A stretch of 64,000 nt of DNA from Candidatus Endomicrobiellum calonymphae (GTDB lineage: Bacteria > Elusimicrobiota > Endomicrobiia > Endomicrobiales > Endomicrobiaceae): the NCBI GenBank assembly GCA_031269945.1, contig JAISYK010000012.1, positions 1,785-65,784 of the forward strand, written 5' to 3'. The notes under the pieces are model-generated. The model was not told the DNA's origin. It ran no database searches and saw only the letters and a program-made list of their open reading frames with translations. This document shows positions 9,100 to 21,255 of the stretch, one piece after another. A program made the translations under genes and the position numbers. Every line of letters starts with the position of its first letter. Position 1 is the stretch's first letter.

Positions 9100-10818
9100 A
9101 TGAAAGAACAGAGACCGTTGGATATTTTAAGACATTCTGCAGCACATATAATGGCTTTTGCTGTTAAGGAGCTTTTTCCTTTGACGAAAGTTGCGATAGG
9201 TCCGTTTACAGAAAATGGATTTTATTATGATTTTGATAGGGACGAACCTTTTACTTCAGGTGACTTAGTAAAAATTGAAGAAAAAATGAGGGAGATAATA
9301 AAGCAAGATTACGCTTTTGTATGTTTGTATGTGTCTAAATGTGAAATTATTAAAAGATTTCAGCAAGAAGACGAAAAATATAAAGTTGAGATAGCGTCTC
9401 AAATAGATGAGAATAAATTAAGCATATATAAAACAGGTGATTTTATTGATTTATGTAAAGGCCCTCATGTATCTTCAACGGGCCAGCTTAAATATTTTGG
9501 GCTTCTTTCGGTTGCAGGTGCTTATTGGAAAGGTGATTCTTCAAAAAAACAGCTTCAAAGAATTTATGGAACAGCGTTCTTTACAAGAAAAGATCTTGAT
9601 GATTATTTAAATAAGGTTGAAGAAGCTCAGAAAAGAGACCATAGAAAGCTAGGGAAAGATTTAGATTTATTTAGCTTCAGCAATATTGTTGGTGGCGGTT
9701 TAGTTTTATGGCATCCTAAAGGTGTTATTTTGAGGGATATTATTGAAAACTATTTTAAAAAATTTCACCTTGAAAATGGATATGAGCTTTTATTTACACC
9801 ACATATTGCAAGTGAAGAACTTTTTAAAGTGAGTGGGCACTTACAGACTTATTCAGAAAATATGTATGATTCTATGGAGATAGAAGGGAAACCTTATAGG
9901 GTGAAGCCTATGAATTGCCCTATGCATTTAATGATATATAAAACCAAACTTCATTCCTATAAAGAACTTCCGATAAGATATGCAGAATTAGGCACAGTTT
10001 ATAGATTTGAAAAATCTGGAGTTTTGCATGGGCTTTTAAGGGTTAGAGGGTTTACTCAAGATGATGGGCATGTGATTGTTACCCCAGAGCAGCTTGAAGA
10101 AGAAATGCTAGAAATTTTTAATATGGCGGTAAAGTGCCTTAAAACTTTTGGGTTTAATGAATATAAAATTTATATCGCTACAAAACCTAAAAGTAAGTAT
10201 ATAGGTAAAGTAGAAGATTGGGAAAAAGTGCAAAATTCTATCGAAAATGCTTTAAAGAAGACAGGTTGTGATTATGAGATTGATGAAGGTGGAGGGGCTT
10301 TCTATGGTCCGAAGATTGATATAAAAATAAAGGATGCTATAGATAGATTTTGGCAATGTTCAACTATACAATTTGACTTTAATCTTCCTGAGAGATTTGA
10401 TATTTATTACATTGATTCATCAGGGAAAAGAGTACGACCTTATATGATTCATAGGGCGTTAATGGGATCTCTGGAGAGATTTATAGGCATTCTTTTAGAG
10501 CATTATATCGGTGTTTTCCCACTTTGGCTTTCTCCGATTCAGGTTGCGATAGTTAATATTAATGAGGATCAGCAAGAATACTGTTCTTATTTATTGAAAG
10601 AATTAAAACGAAATGGTGTAAGAGTTGTTTTTGATAGTAGAAATGAAAAAATTAGTTATAAAATAAGAGAAAGTGCAATACAAAAAATTCCTTACATAGC
10701 AGTTGTAGGGAATAAAGAAATGGATGCAGGTAAGATTTCTGTCAGGGCAAGAGGTAACAAAGATTTGGGCGTTATGGGAATTGACAATTTTATTTCGCTT
10801 ATAAAAAATTCTTTTTAA
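9100..10818 (+). CDS. thrS: Threonyl-tRNA synthetase (short form without N-terminal TGS domain)
   Basis: RHSAAH editing motif, DLCKGPHV, RDHRKLG, KPMNCP, RVRGFTQDD, FYGPKID, HRA..GS.ERF. Confidence 0.97.
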   Translation: MKEQRPLDILRHSAAHIMAFAVKELFPLTKVAIGPFTENGFYYDFDRDEPFTSGDLVKIEEKMREIIKQDYAFVCLYVSKCEIIKRFQQEDEKYKVEIASQIDENKLSIYKTGDFIDLCKGPHVSSTGQLKYFGLLSVAGAYWKGDSSKKQLQRIYGTAFFTRKDLDDYLNKVEEAQKRDHRKLGKDLDLFSFSNIVGGGLVLWHPKGVILRDIIENYFKKFHLENGYELLFTPHIASEELFKVSGHLQTYSENMYDSMEIEGKPYRVKPMNCPMHLMIYKTKLHSYKELPIRYAELGTVYRFEKSGVLHGLLRVRGFTQDDGHVIVTPEQLEEEMLEIFNMAVKCLKTFGFNEYKIYIATKPKSKYIGKVEDWEKVQNSIENALKKTGCDYEIDEGGGAFYGPKIDIKIKDAIDRFWQCSTIQFDFNLPERFDIYYIDSSGKRVRPYMIHRALMGSLERFIGILLEHYIGVFPLWLSPIQVAIVNINEDQQEYCSYLLKELKRNGVRVVFDSRNEKISYKIRESAIQKIPYIAVVGNKEMDAGKISVRARGNKDLGVMGIDNFISLIKNSF

Positions 10819-12217
10819 GTTTAATTAACTCTTTTTTCTGTTACGACACACATTATACTATAGCAGTTATGAGGGAAAATGGATTAAAATGTGTAGATGG
10901 AATAAGTATAAATATTCTTTATTTAAAATAAATGTAAGCAAATAAAAAGTTGTCAGAGTTTTAAAAAATCTGGGCAATTGAAGAAATTTAGTCTAAAAAA
11001 ATTTGTAAAACTTTTATCGGTAACTAATTTCACGATCCCTCGAAAAATTTATGATACAGTTTCCTATGCAAAAGAATGGTATGTGTAGTGTACGAGCAAG
11101 TGTGTTGTGCTTTTTGTTCATCTTTTCATAAGTAATATTTGTACAAGTAGTTGTCTTTTTGCGATTTTTATTCAAAAAAAAAACAAAGTTATAATAAGAG
11201 GGGGGGGGCTTGTATTTTGAAAAACATTAGAACAAACTAAAATACTTTTAAAGAAAAGATATGAAATGTATTTTGATGGTTGCTAAAAGGATGGCCGATG
11301 ACCTATTCAAATATTTAAAAAAATTTGTTAAGAGGCTTCGGACTTTTTCTTTATGATCGTTTAAATGCTGTAGGTAATGCGATTAAAGCAGATGTTGAGT
11401 ATGTTGTGGTGTGTGTGTTTGGGGGGGGGGTGTATCCCACATCCCTTACATTATTAAGTTTTGTGATCATCGTTTTGAAATATTGAGTATCTAAAAAAAA
11501 CTTACGATTTATGGCCTTGCGTCATTTCTATTCCGTCTGTTGAATCTGTTCGTGGGTTTGTGTGCTTGTTGCAAGATATTTCAAACAGTATATTTCATAA
11601 GATAAAGGATTTAAAAAATTAATTTCAATTTTAAGACTTTCTGTCATTTGTACGAAAATGATAATGTCAATTTAAAGAAATTGCAAATTCAAGAAATATT
11701 CTTATAAGTTTAGTGGCTTGTCAAATGGGTGTGAAATATAAGGTTACTCTTGGTGAGTATATAGCTGGGTTAAAAAGAATTTTCGATGGTTACAAATTTG
11801 AGAAACAGTTTAATTTGGGCGATTAGTGATCGCTAAGTGAAATAGTAATTTCCATGCTTTCTGAAGAATTTATTCCGAGTTTTTGCTTCGTATGTTAAAA
11901 AGTAGTAATTGGGAGAACTTTGTTTGATTATCTGGTTCTGGTAAAGTAAAGCTATATGTGTGATCTAAACGCTTTAATTGCTTTTTAGAAATATTTTTTG
12001 AAAGATTTGCGTGTCTAAAAATTCAAGAATTATGGGACAGATTTATAAAAAATATAAGGTGAAAATTTTTGGTGAAGTAAGTTTTAAAACATTGGATAAG
12101 TTTTTATTAAGCGTAATGAAAAACCGTACGTTGTGATTATGTTTGGGTGACTATTTTCGTTTTTAAAATTTTGCAAATAGTTAATTAGGAGTAGTTTATT
12201 GGTTTACATTTTATTTA

Positions 12218-12273
12218 TTGACAAAAGTTGTTGTGTTTTTATATAATGAGCAGTCGCATAACGATAGTGCTAA
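12218..12273 (+). promoter_or_regulatory. Sigma70-type promoter plus CIRCE-like operator 1
   Basis: TTGACA(12218)-N18-TATAAT(12242); TGAGCAGTC-N9-TAGTGCTAA at 12247-12273 versus CIRCE TTAGCACTC-N9-GAGTGCTAA. Confidence 0.8.
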
Positions 12274-12375
12274 AAATGGAAAAATGAGAGATAATTGTGT
12301 AGCTTGTTACGAATAGAGTAGTAACTAAGGTAATGGTAAGTGACAGTGATAGAGCAAGGGACATGTACAAGCAAG

Positions 12376-12431
12376 TTGACAGAATTTCTTTGATTTTGTA
12401 TAACTGGGCTGTCGTGCCGTTACAGTGCTAA
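12376..12431 (+). promoter_or_regulatory. groESL promoter plus degenerate CIRCE-like operator 2
   Basis: TTGACA(12376)-N17-TATAAC(12399); TGGGCTGTC-N9-CAGTGCTAA at 12405-12431. Confidence 0.7.
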
Positions 12432-12482
12432 TGATGAAAAAAAATGCAAGAAAATAATATAGGTACAAGGGAGGAAGTAAAG

Positions 12483-12767
12483 ATGATTAGGCCATTAGGT
12501 GAGAAAGTTTTAGTGAAGCCTACAGAGGCTAAAGAAGTAAAGAAGGGGGGTATCATTATCCCTGATACTGCAAAAGAAAAACCTCAAGAAGGTGAGGTCA
12601 TAGCAGTAGGTAAAGGGAAGAAAACGGATGATGGGAAAGTAGTAGCTTTAGATGTAGAGGTGGGGAATAAAGTGCTTTTCGGAAAGTATTCTGGAACCGA
12701 AGTTAAAATTGACAATGGAGAGTATCTCATAATGTCGCAGGATGATATTTTAGGAATAATTGAATAA
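12483..12767 (+). CDS. groES: Co-chaperonin GroES
   Basis: [32 protein letters not shown]; GGAGG RBS upstream. Confidence 0.98.
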   Translation: MIRPLGEKVLVKPTEAKEVKKGGIIIPDTAKEKPQEGEVIAVGKGKKTDDGKVVALDVEVGNKVLFGKYSGTEVKIDNGEYLIMSQDDILGIIE

Positions 12768-12793
12768 ATTAAAAAATATTAAGGAGGTAATAA

Positions 12794-14428
<1,635 letters not shown>

Positions 14429-14455
14429 TTAAGTGTAAATAATAAAAAGGTGATG

Positions 14456-14515
14456 CAAAAAGTAAAAAGGCAGATCTCAGTGTTATACTGCTGGGACGTG
14501 CCTTTTTGCTTTTTG
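14456..14515. terminator. Probable bidirectional intrinsic terminator between convergent groEL and xerC
   Basis: Inverted repeat CAAAAAGTAAAAAGGCA...TGCCTTTTTGCTTTTTG with A/T tracts on both sides. Confidence 0.8.
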
Positions 14516-14565
14516 TTGACAAGGGCGTGCATATATTTGTACACCTTCTATGCATTTTTTTTAAG

Positions 14566-15492
14566 CTACTTTGCCCTTGGATGTGTTTTATTGTAAACTT
14601 TTTTTAGGCTTTCTATCGTGACATGCGTGTAAATTTGAGTTGTAGAAAGATTTTTATGTCCTAACATTTCTTGAACGCTTCTTATATCACAACCATTGTC
14701 AAGAATATGTGTTGCAAATGTGTGTCTTAAAGTATGTGGGCTGACATTTTTTTTAATACCAGCTCTAAGAGATAATTTATGTAAAATCCTTCTCGCAGTT
14801 CTTTGATTAAGTCTTTTCGCATTGTTGTTTAGAAATATGGGTGACTCTATATTGCAAGAGAATCCGAGACTACGGCGTTCATTTATATAATTTCTGATTG
14901 CGTTAAGGCAGGTGTTTCCTGCTGGGACAATTCTTTCTTTTTTCCCTTTGCCCATTACTATTATGGTATTTGACATAAAATCTATATTTTTTATATTCAA
15001 ACTTGTCAATTCCTCAATTCTTAAACCGCAAGAATAAAGAAGTTCAATTACTGCTTTATCTCGCAGCTTTATGTTTGACAAGTTTAAAAGTTTCTGTATT
15101 TCATCTACAGTTAAAAATAGTGGTATTTTTTTGTCTTTTTTAGGTCCTTTCATCCCTTCCATAGGATTTTTTTTGATAATATCGTTAATTATTAAGAATT
15201 TATAAAAAGAACGAAGTACAGTAAATTTTCTTGCGATGGTTGCTTTGCTTAGTTTTTTGCTGTTTAGGTCTTCTAAGAACTCCCTTATGTTATGTTTGTC
15301 GGTGTTCAAAAAGGTTAGCCTTTTTTTTTGTAAAAAAAAATCAAAATCAAAAACGTCTCTTGCGTAAGCTCTTAAAGTATGTGAAGAAAAGTTTCGCTCG
15401 GCAGCGAGATATTTTTCAAAAGAATATTTTATATTTTTTATTTCTATGGCTTTATCGTGTTGAATTTTGAAATTTTTGTTGTTTTGATCCAT
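14566..15492 (-). CDS. xerC: Tyrosine recombinase XerC
   Basis: R(GLRIEE)...K(GKGKKER)...HTLRH...LGH...Y catalytic set; dprA-topA-xerC synteny. Confidence 0.92.
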   Translation of the reverse strand: MDQNNKNFKIQHDKAIEIKNIKYSFEKYLAAERNFSSHTLRAYARDVFDFDFFLQKKRLTFLNTDKHNIREFLEDLNSKKLSKATIARKFTVLRSFYKFLIINDIIKKNPMEGMKGPKKDKKIPLFLTVDEIQKLLNLSNIKLRDKAVIELLYSCGLRIEELTSLNIKNIDFMSNTIIVMGKGKKERIVPAGNTCLNAIRNYINERRSLGFSCNIESPIFLNNNAKRLNQRTARRILHKLSLRAGIKKNVSPHTLRHTFATHILDNGCDIRSVQEMLGHKNLSTTQIYTHVTIESLKKVYNKTHPRAK

Positions 15493-17633
15493 TTTAAATT
15501 TCTACACTTAGGGAACGATGAACAAGCTAGAAATGATTTTTTTTCTCCTTTTCTCTTAATCATTTTTGAACCACATTTTTCGCATTCTATATCTGTATAT
15601 TCTGGCGTAGGTTTAGGTACTTTATTACCGTTTTTATCAATATTGTAGGTAGTTTTACATGTTGGATAATTTTTGCATAAAAAATACTGTTTGCCTCGGA
15701 ATCCTGTTTTTCTTATTAATGGGCTTTGACACTTTTCGCATTTCATATCTGTTTCTTGGTAATTCTGGATAATTTTTCCGTTATTATCTATAGATAACGT
15801 TGTTTTGCATTCAGGATATTTTGAGCATCCTAGAAATTGTCCTCTTTTGAAATCTTTTATAATCATGGGACTTCCGCATTTGGGGCATTTCTCCGAAGTA
15901 TGTTTTTGTTGAATTTTTTGTTTCTGTAAATTTTTTACCGCTTTGCTTAAATTTTTGTCAAATGGATCATAAAAATCTTTTAATACGTTTTGCCATACAA
16001 TTTTACCTTCTGCGATTTTGTCCAGTTTTTTTTCTATATAGGCGGTAAATTTGATATTGATTATATCTCCAAAGTGAAGTTTCAGAATGTCGTTTACAAC
16101 AATACCTAAATTTGTCGGAATAAATTTTCCCCCATCGATTCGCACATATAATCTGTCAGAAATAGTTTCAATTATTGGAGCATAAGTTGACGGTCTCCCT
16201 ATGCCGTGTTCCTCAAGTGCTTTGATTAAGCTTGCTTCGTTGTAATGTGGTGGAGGTTCTGTGAAATGTTGTTGAGAGACCAACTGTAAAAAATCTATAT
16301 ATTCCTCGCTTTTTAAATGTGGGATTTTTATTTTATTTTCGCGTTCTTCTATTGTGTCATAAACTCTTAAAAATCCATCAAAAAGCAGCGTACTTCCAGA
16401 TGCTTTAAACAAGTAATCTTTTGCTAAGATTTCAACTGTCGTTATATTATAAATTGCACTTGCCATTTGACTTGCGATGAACCTCTTCCATATTAATTCA
16501 TAAAGTTTAAATTCGTCAATTGATAGATATTGTTTTATTTTTAATGGTATTTTGTTTGGTAAGGTTGGTCTTATTGCCTCGTGAGCCTCTTGTGCTTTTT
16601 TAATTTTTGTTTTATAAATTCTTGGATTTTTCGGTAGGAAATTGGTCCCATAAGAAGTTTTTATGAATTTTAATGTTTCGTTCTGCATACTTTTTGCAAT
16701 ATTTAGAGAATCTGTTCTCATGTAAGTTATTAGGCCAATTTCTGTGCCGTTGCCAATATTGATACCTTCATATAATTTCTGCGCTACAGACATTGTCCTT
16801 GCAGGTGAAAACCCAAGCCTTCTATATGCGTCTTGTTGCATTGTTGAGGTTGTATAAGGGGCATAAGGGGAACGTTTTTTTTGGCTTGCATTAATTAATT
16901 TTATAATGTATTTTGCACCCTCGAGATCTTTTAATATTTTATCTGCTTCCTCTTTGTTTTTTATTGAAAGCTTGTCATATTTAATATTATTTTTCGAAAA
17001 AAGTTGAGCTTTAAAAGGTACTGCATTTTTCTCGTGTTTTAATAATTTTGCTTCAATGTGCCAATATTCTATTGGGTTAAAGTTTTCAATTTCTTTTTTT
17101 CTGTTGCAAATAAGCATTACAGCTACAGATTGTACTCTGCCTGCAGAAAGTCCTAACTTTACTTTTTTCCACAAAAGAGGTGAAAGTTTATAGCCCACAA
17201 GTCTATCTAAAATCCTACGCGTTTGTTGACTATTTACGAGTTTCATATCCAATTTTCTTGGATTTTTCGCCGCGTTGATAATTGATTCAGTTGTTATTTC
17301 ATTAAATGTTATTCTCAAAACTTTATCATCAGGGAGTTTTAGAGCTTCTTTTAGGTGCCAAGCGATTGCTTCTCCTTCACGATCAAAATCGGTGGCGAGG
17401 TAGATTTTATCTGATTTCTCAGCTTGTTTTTTTAAGTCTGCTATAAGTTTCTTAGCTTTTGATATGTTTATATATGTTGGTTTAAAATTATTTTCAATAT
17501 CAATGCCCAGTTCGTTTTTTGGTAAATCTCTTATATGTCCATAAGAGCTCTTTACAATAAAATTGTTGCCTAAAATTTTTGATATTGTTTTTTCTTTTGA
17601 AGGCGATTCCACTATGACTAAATATCCTGACAT
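15444..17633 (-). CDS. topA: DNA topoisomerase I with three C-terminal Zn ribbons
   Basis: IVESPSK TOPRIM, ATDFDREGE, SAGRVQS, ITYMRTD, QEAHEAIRPT, GRPSTYA. Confidence 0.98.
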   Translation of the reverse strand: MSGYLVIVESPSKEKTISKILGNNFIVKSSYGHIRDLPKNELGIDIENNFKPTYINISKAKKLIADLKKQAEKSDKIYLATDFDREGEAIAWHLKEALKLPDDKVLRITFNEITTESIINAAKNPRKLDMKLVNSQQTRRILDRLVGYKLSPLLWKKVKLGLSAGRVQSVAVMLICNRKKEIENFNPIEYWHIEAKLLKHEKNAVPFKAQLFSKNNIKYDKLSIKNKEEADKILKDLEGAKYIIKLINASQKKRSPYAPYTTSTMQQDAYRRLGFSPARTMSVAQKLYEGINIGNGTEIGLITYMRTDSLNIAKSMQNETLKFIKTSYGTNFLPKNPRIYKTKIKKAQEAHEAIRPTLPNKIPLKIKQYLSIDEFKLYELIWKRFIASQMASAIYNITTVEILAKDYLFKASGSTLLFDGFLRVYDTIEERENKIKIPHLKSEEYIDFLQLVSQQHFTEPPPHYNEASLIKALEEHGIGRPSTYAPIIETISDRLYVRIDGGKFIPTNLGIVVNDILKLHFGDIINIKFTAYIEKKLDKIAEGKIVWQNVLKDFYDPFDKNLSKAVKNLQKQKIQQKHTSEKCPKCGSPMIIKDFKRGQFLGCSKYPECKTTLSIDNNGKIIQNYQETDMKCEKCQSPLIRKTGFRGKQYFLCKNYPTCKTTYNIDKNGNKVPKPTPEYTDIECEKCGSKMIKRKGEKKSFLACSSFPKCRNLKWIKTTKISKFNTIKP

Positions 17634-17659
17634 TGTATCCATTCCTTTGGTTTTCAATA

Positions 17660-18737
17660 CACTCTTATGTATGTTCGATTTAAAGTCATTTTAACAAATT
17701 TACAAATTTGTTTATTTTAAGTTTTAGAAGAGCTGTTGATGCTATTTCTAAAATGCTTGTGTTCAGCTTCTGAATTATTAGATCCGTAGCGTCATTTCCT
17801 ATAAACTTGAGCATCTTTGATTCTGGATTGTCAAAAGAGTGATGTGTTCATTTTTTAATTTTAGTGTTTTATCTTTTTTGATCCAACCGAAATAGTTTAC
17901 TACATAATTAAAACTCAATTAAAACTCAAAGTAAAAAATGCCCAATCTTGCGTGATTTTGTTTATCACTTTTGGTGCATTTAAATACAATATTCTCTAGC
18001 ATTATGTAATCCTCTTTACCATATTCTGCACCAAACTTTCTGTTATTAGCTCCGCTTTCATCTACTATTCTATTTTTAGAGGTGAGGATATTCTTCCAGA
18101 TTTTTTATTGAGAATGAATTTGCTTATAATTGCCCATTTTTGTGATTTTTTTTTAAGTTTTTTATTTTTATGAGGATAATTTACAAATAATCTATTTCTC
18201 AAAATAGCTATTAATTCTTGAATTATTCCCCAATACTTGTAATATGTGTATTTTGATGTTACAGCTCCTCTTACTAGACCTGAAACTATGGTAAATCCCA
18301 TTTTTTTGCAAAGTGGGATGCAGAAACTCTGATGTGGCAGTTTTTTCATAATTACTTATTTTCCTTGTTTCAACTATCGAAGTAAAGTCAAAACCAAAAC
18401 TTTTTTTGAACGTTATTTTGCGTAAAGAGCGAGCAGTTTATAAATTAAATTTTCAAATGATGCTGCATAATTATTAGTGTCGTTATAAAAAAATTATTTT
18501 TATATTGTTTCTGACAGCTGAGCCAGATTCTAGCTCAGGTTTAATATATTTCGAAGAATTGCGAATAGCATCTGCAATCCGTAAGCTCCACATCTTCAAC
18601 TGATAAAATGTTCCCTTTGTGTTTTAAAAATCAATTTTGCATTACCAAATTTGCCAAACAATCTAAAAAATTTTGCTGTTACTATAATTTTGTGTTGCTA
18701 AAAGGAGTTTTAATAAACAAAAATCTTTTTCATTCAT
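17660..18737 (-). pseudogene. dprA: DNA-protecting protein DprA (Smf) remnant
   Basis: Fragment GFTIVSGLVRG (cf. G.TIVSGLARGID) and other residual pieces; canonical position upstream of topA; many stops. Confidence 0.8.
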
Positions 18738-18745
18738 CGGAGGTT

Positions 18746-18775
18746 ATTGTAAACAATTTATTAAAAATTTGTCAA
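18746..18775 (-). promoter_or_regulatory. Near-consensus sigma70 promoter upstream of dprA-topA-xerC
   Basis: TTGACA-N18-TACAAT on the - strand. Confidence 0.7.
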
Positions 18776-19402
18776 AATTTGCTGTAAAAGTACTTCGTGA
18801 TTGATTTTTAGACTCAAAAGCTATACAATCAAAAATAGTGGTAATTGTTGTCGACGTTGTAGTCCCTCTTGTGGTATGTGTAAATAAGAGGTGCGGCTTT
18901 TTACATTTTGTACAAATTACTGTATAACGAAATGGAGAGCGGAAAATCTTATGTTGATTTTCTGGAGTTTAGCTACTATGGGCATGAGTTTGATTGTAAG
19001 GATGGTTGTAGTTGTTTGGTAATAGTTTTTTTTTAGTTCTTGTAGTTTTTCTCAGTGAGTGTTGTCAGTTATAACATTGCTTTTATCATAGTTGCATCAG
19101 AGGAATAAATAGTTGATGTAGTTGAAAAAACGTAGATATTGTGTATGTATAGAGAGTGTTAAAGCTACTACGGGTAGAAATGGAGGATATATTCATGCAT
19201 ATGCTACTGAGAAGACTAACTTAATTTTATGGACGATGACTTACTTAAAAGATTGTGGACTTTGTTAATGAAAATTGTAGATCTTATGAAATTTGAGTTT
19301 TAAGAGTGTAGAAGTTGAGGATGGCTTCAATAATGTAGACAATATGCGTATGAGTTTATCTTCGCATTTTTTTAATCCTTCTTCGTTAATTCAGTTTTGT
19401 GT

Positions 19403-20107
19403 ATGCTAAAAGAGTCTAAAAAAAGTGGTGTTTTGTATATCGTTCCAACTCCGATAGGAAACCTTGAAGACATAACTTTAAGAGCTTTAAGGGTTCTCAA
19501 AGAGTGTGATGCGGTTGCCTGTGAGGACACAAAGAAAAGTTTGAAGCTTTTATCCCATTTTGGGATTTCGAAACCCTTAGTTAGTTTCCATTCTTACAGC
19601 AAACGTTATAAAGTTGAGTATGTAATCAATAAATTGCTAAATGGGAATAAAATTGCTCTTGTATCAAATGCTGGTACACCGTGTATCTCAGATCCGGGAC
19701 ATATTTTAGTTAAAGTGGCGATAGAAAAATATGTAAAAATTGAAGTTTTGCCAGGAGCAAATGCACTAATAACTGCTCTTATAGGGTCGGGACTTCCTAC
19801 TGATGGGTTTGTGTTTTGTGGATTTTTAAGGAGAAAATCTGGAAAAATTAAAAAAGAGCTTTCTGAACTTCTTAGTTTAAAGAAGACCATCATTTTTTAT
19901 GAATCTCCACACAGAATAATTAAGACTATGTGTATATGTAAAGATGTTTTTGGTAAAAATGCCGAAATTTGTCTTGCAAGAGAAATAACAAAAAAATTTG
20001 AGGAATTTATAAGAGGGTCGATTGTAGAGATCTTGAGGAATATTGAATCTAGACGTGATTTACTTGGTGAATTTGTAGTTTTAATATATCCGAAAATAAA
20101 ATTGTGA
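19403..20107 (+). CDS. rsmI: 16S rRNA C1402 2'-O-methyltransferase RsmI
   Basis: LYIVPTPIGNLEDIT.RA, AGTP.ISDPG, YESPHR, REITK.FEE. Confidence 0.96.
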   Translation: MLKESKKSGVLYIVPTPIGNLEDITLRALRVLKECDAVACEDTKKSLKLLSHFGISKPLVSFHSYSKRYKVEYVINKLLNGNKIALVSNAGTPCISDPGHILVKVAIEKYVKIEVLPGANALITALIGSGLPTDGFVFCGFLRRKSGKIKKELSELLSLKKTIIFYESPHRIIKTMCICKDVFGKNAEICLAREITKKFEEFIRGSIVEILRNIESRRDLLGEFVVLIYPKIKL

Positions 20108-20212
20108 AGTGAATAAAATTGATTGTAAATAAGTATATACTTATTACTGGTGTTTATTACGTAGTTGCTGATTATACTTCGAGAAAGATGGTTAAACTTT
20201 GGAGAGGGAAAA

Positions 20213-21235
20213 ATGATAAGAGTAGGGATTGTAGGTATAACAGGATACACTGGAGAAGAACTTTTGAAAATTCTTTTGAGGCATCCAAATGTTAAAATAG
20301 TTGCTCTTTATGGGAGAAGTTCTTCAAAAGATAGACGTCTTAAAGATATTTATTCGCATTTTAGTCATTTGGATTTAAAAATAAATGCTTTGAACATAGA
20401 GCAAGTCGGTAATGAATGTGATGTAGTATTTTTAGCCTTACCGCATGCTGTTGCTTTCGAAATAGTTCCTAGTTTATTTGAGACTGGTGTTAAGATCATA
20501 GATTTATCTGCTGATTTTAGGTTAAACAGCTCGGAAATTTACGAGAGATGGTATAATGTTAAGCACGCTGCAAAAGAATATGTTGGTAGGGCAGTTTACG
20601 GATTATCTGAGTTAAATACAGATGAGATAAAGAAAGCTTTTCTTATAGCAAATCCGGGTTGTTATCCTACAACGGTTATCTTGGGATGTGCACCTGCTAT
20701 AAAGAGTTATTTTGTAGATTTAAAACACATGATTATAGATTCAAAAAGTGGTGTTTCTGGATGTGGTAGAAAGAGTGCACAAGAATATTTTAATTTCGAT
20801 CATCCAAACTTCAAAGCCTATAAAATTGCTGGTACACATAGACATATACCTGAAATAGAACAGGAATTGTCTAAATTATCTAAAAAAAATGTAACGATAA
20901 ATTTTACTCCTCATATTATTCCAATCGAGAGGGGTATGCTTTCAACTATTTACGTGGATATTAAAAAGCAAGCTTCTCTGGCTTTAATAATTGATAAGTA
21001 TAGAGAGTTTTATAAGAACAGAGAATTTGTGAAAGTTCTTGACGAAGATGTAATACCGACGATAAAAGATGTTTTGAATACTAATTATTGTAGAATAGGT
21101 ATGAAAATTGATAAGAGAACAAACAAGCTTATTATAATTTCAGTTATAGATAACTTGTTGAAAGGTGCATCTGGGCAAGCAGTACAGAATATGAATCTTA
21201 TGTTTGATTTACCTGAAACTATAGGGTTAATTTAA
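20213..21235 (+). CDS. argC: N-acetyl-gamma-glutamyl-phosphate reductase
   Basis: [41 protein letters not shown]. Confidence 0.97.
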   Translation: MIRVGIVGITGYTGEELLKILLRHPNVKIVALYGRSSSKDRRLKDIYSHFSHLDLKINALNIEQVGNECDVVFLALPHAVAFEIVPSLFETGVKIIDLSADFRLNSSEIYERWYNVKHAAKEYVGRAVYGLSELNTDEIKKAFLIANPGCYPTTVILGCAPAIKSYFVDLKHMIIDSKSGVSGCGRKSAQEYFNFDHPNFKAYKIAGTHRHIPEIEQELSKLSKKNVTINFTPHIIPIERGMLSTIYVDIKKQASLALIIDKYREFYKNREFVKVLDEDVIPTIKDVLNTNYCRIGMKIDKRTNKLIIISVIDNLLKGASGQAVQNMNLMFDLPETIGLI

Positions 21236-21255
21236 TATAGAAAGAGGAATAAAAA

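Noticed and set aside
10820-12200. Possible hrcA pseudogene upstream of groESL
   Set aside because: No SATIRN or HTS.GR.P motif recognised
14566-15492. Tyrosine recombinase as a mobile-element integrase
   Set aside because: Size and dprA-topA-xer context mark it as housekeeping XerC
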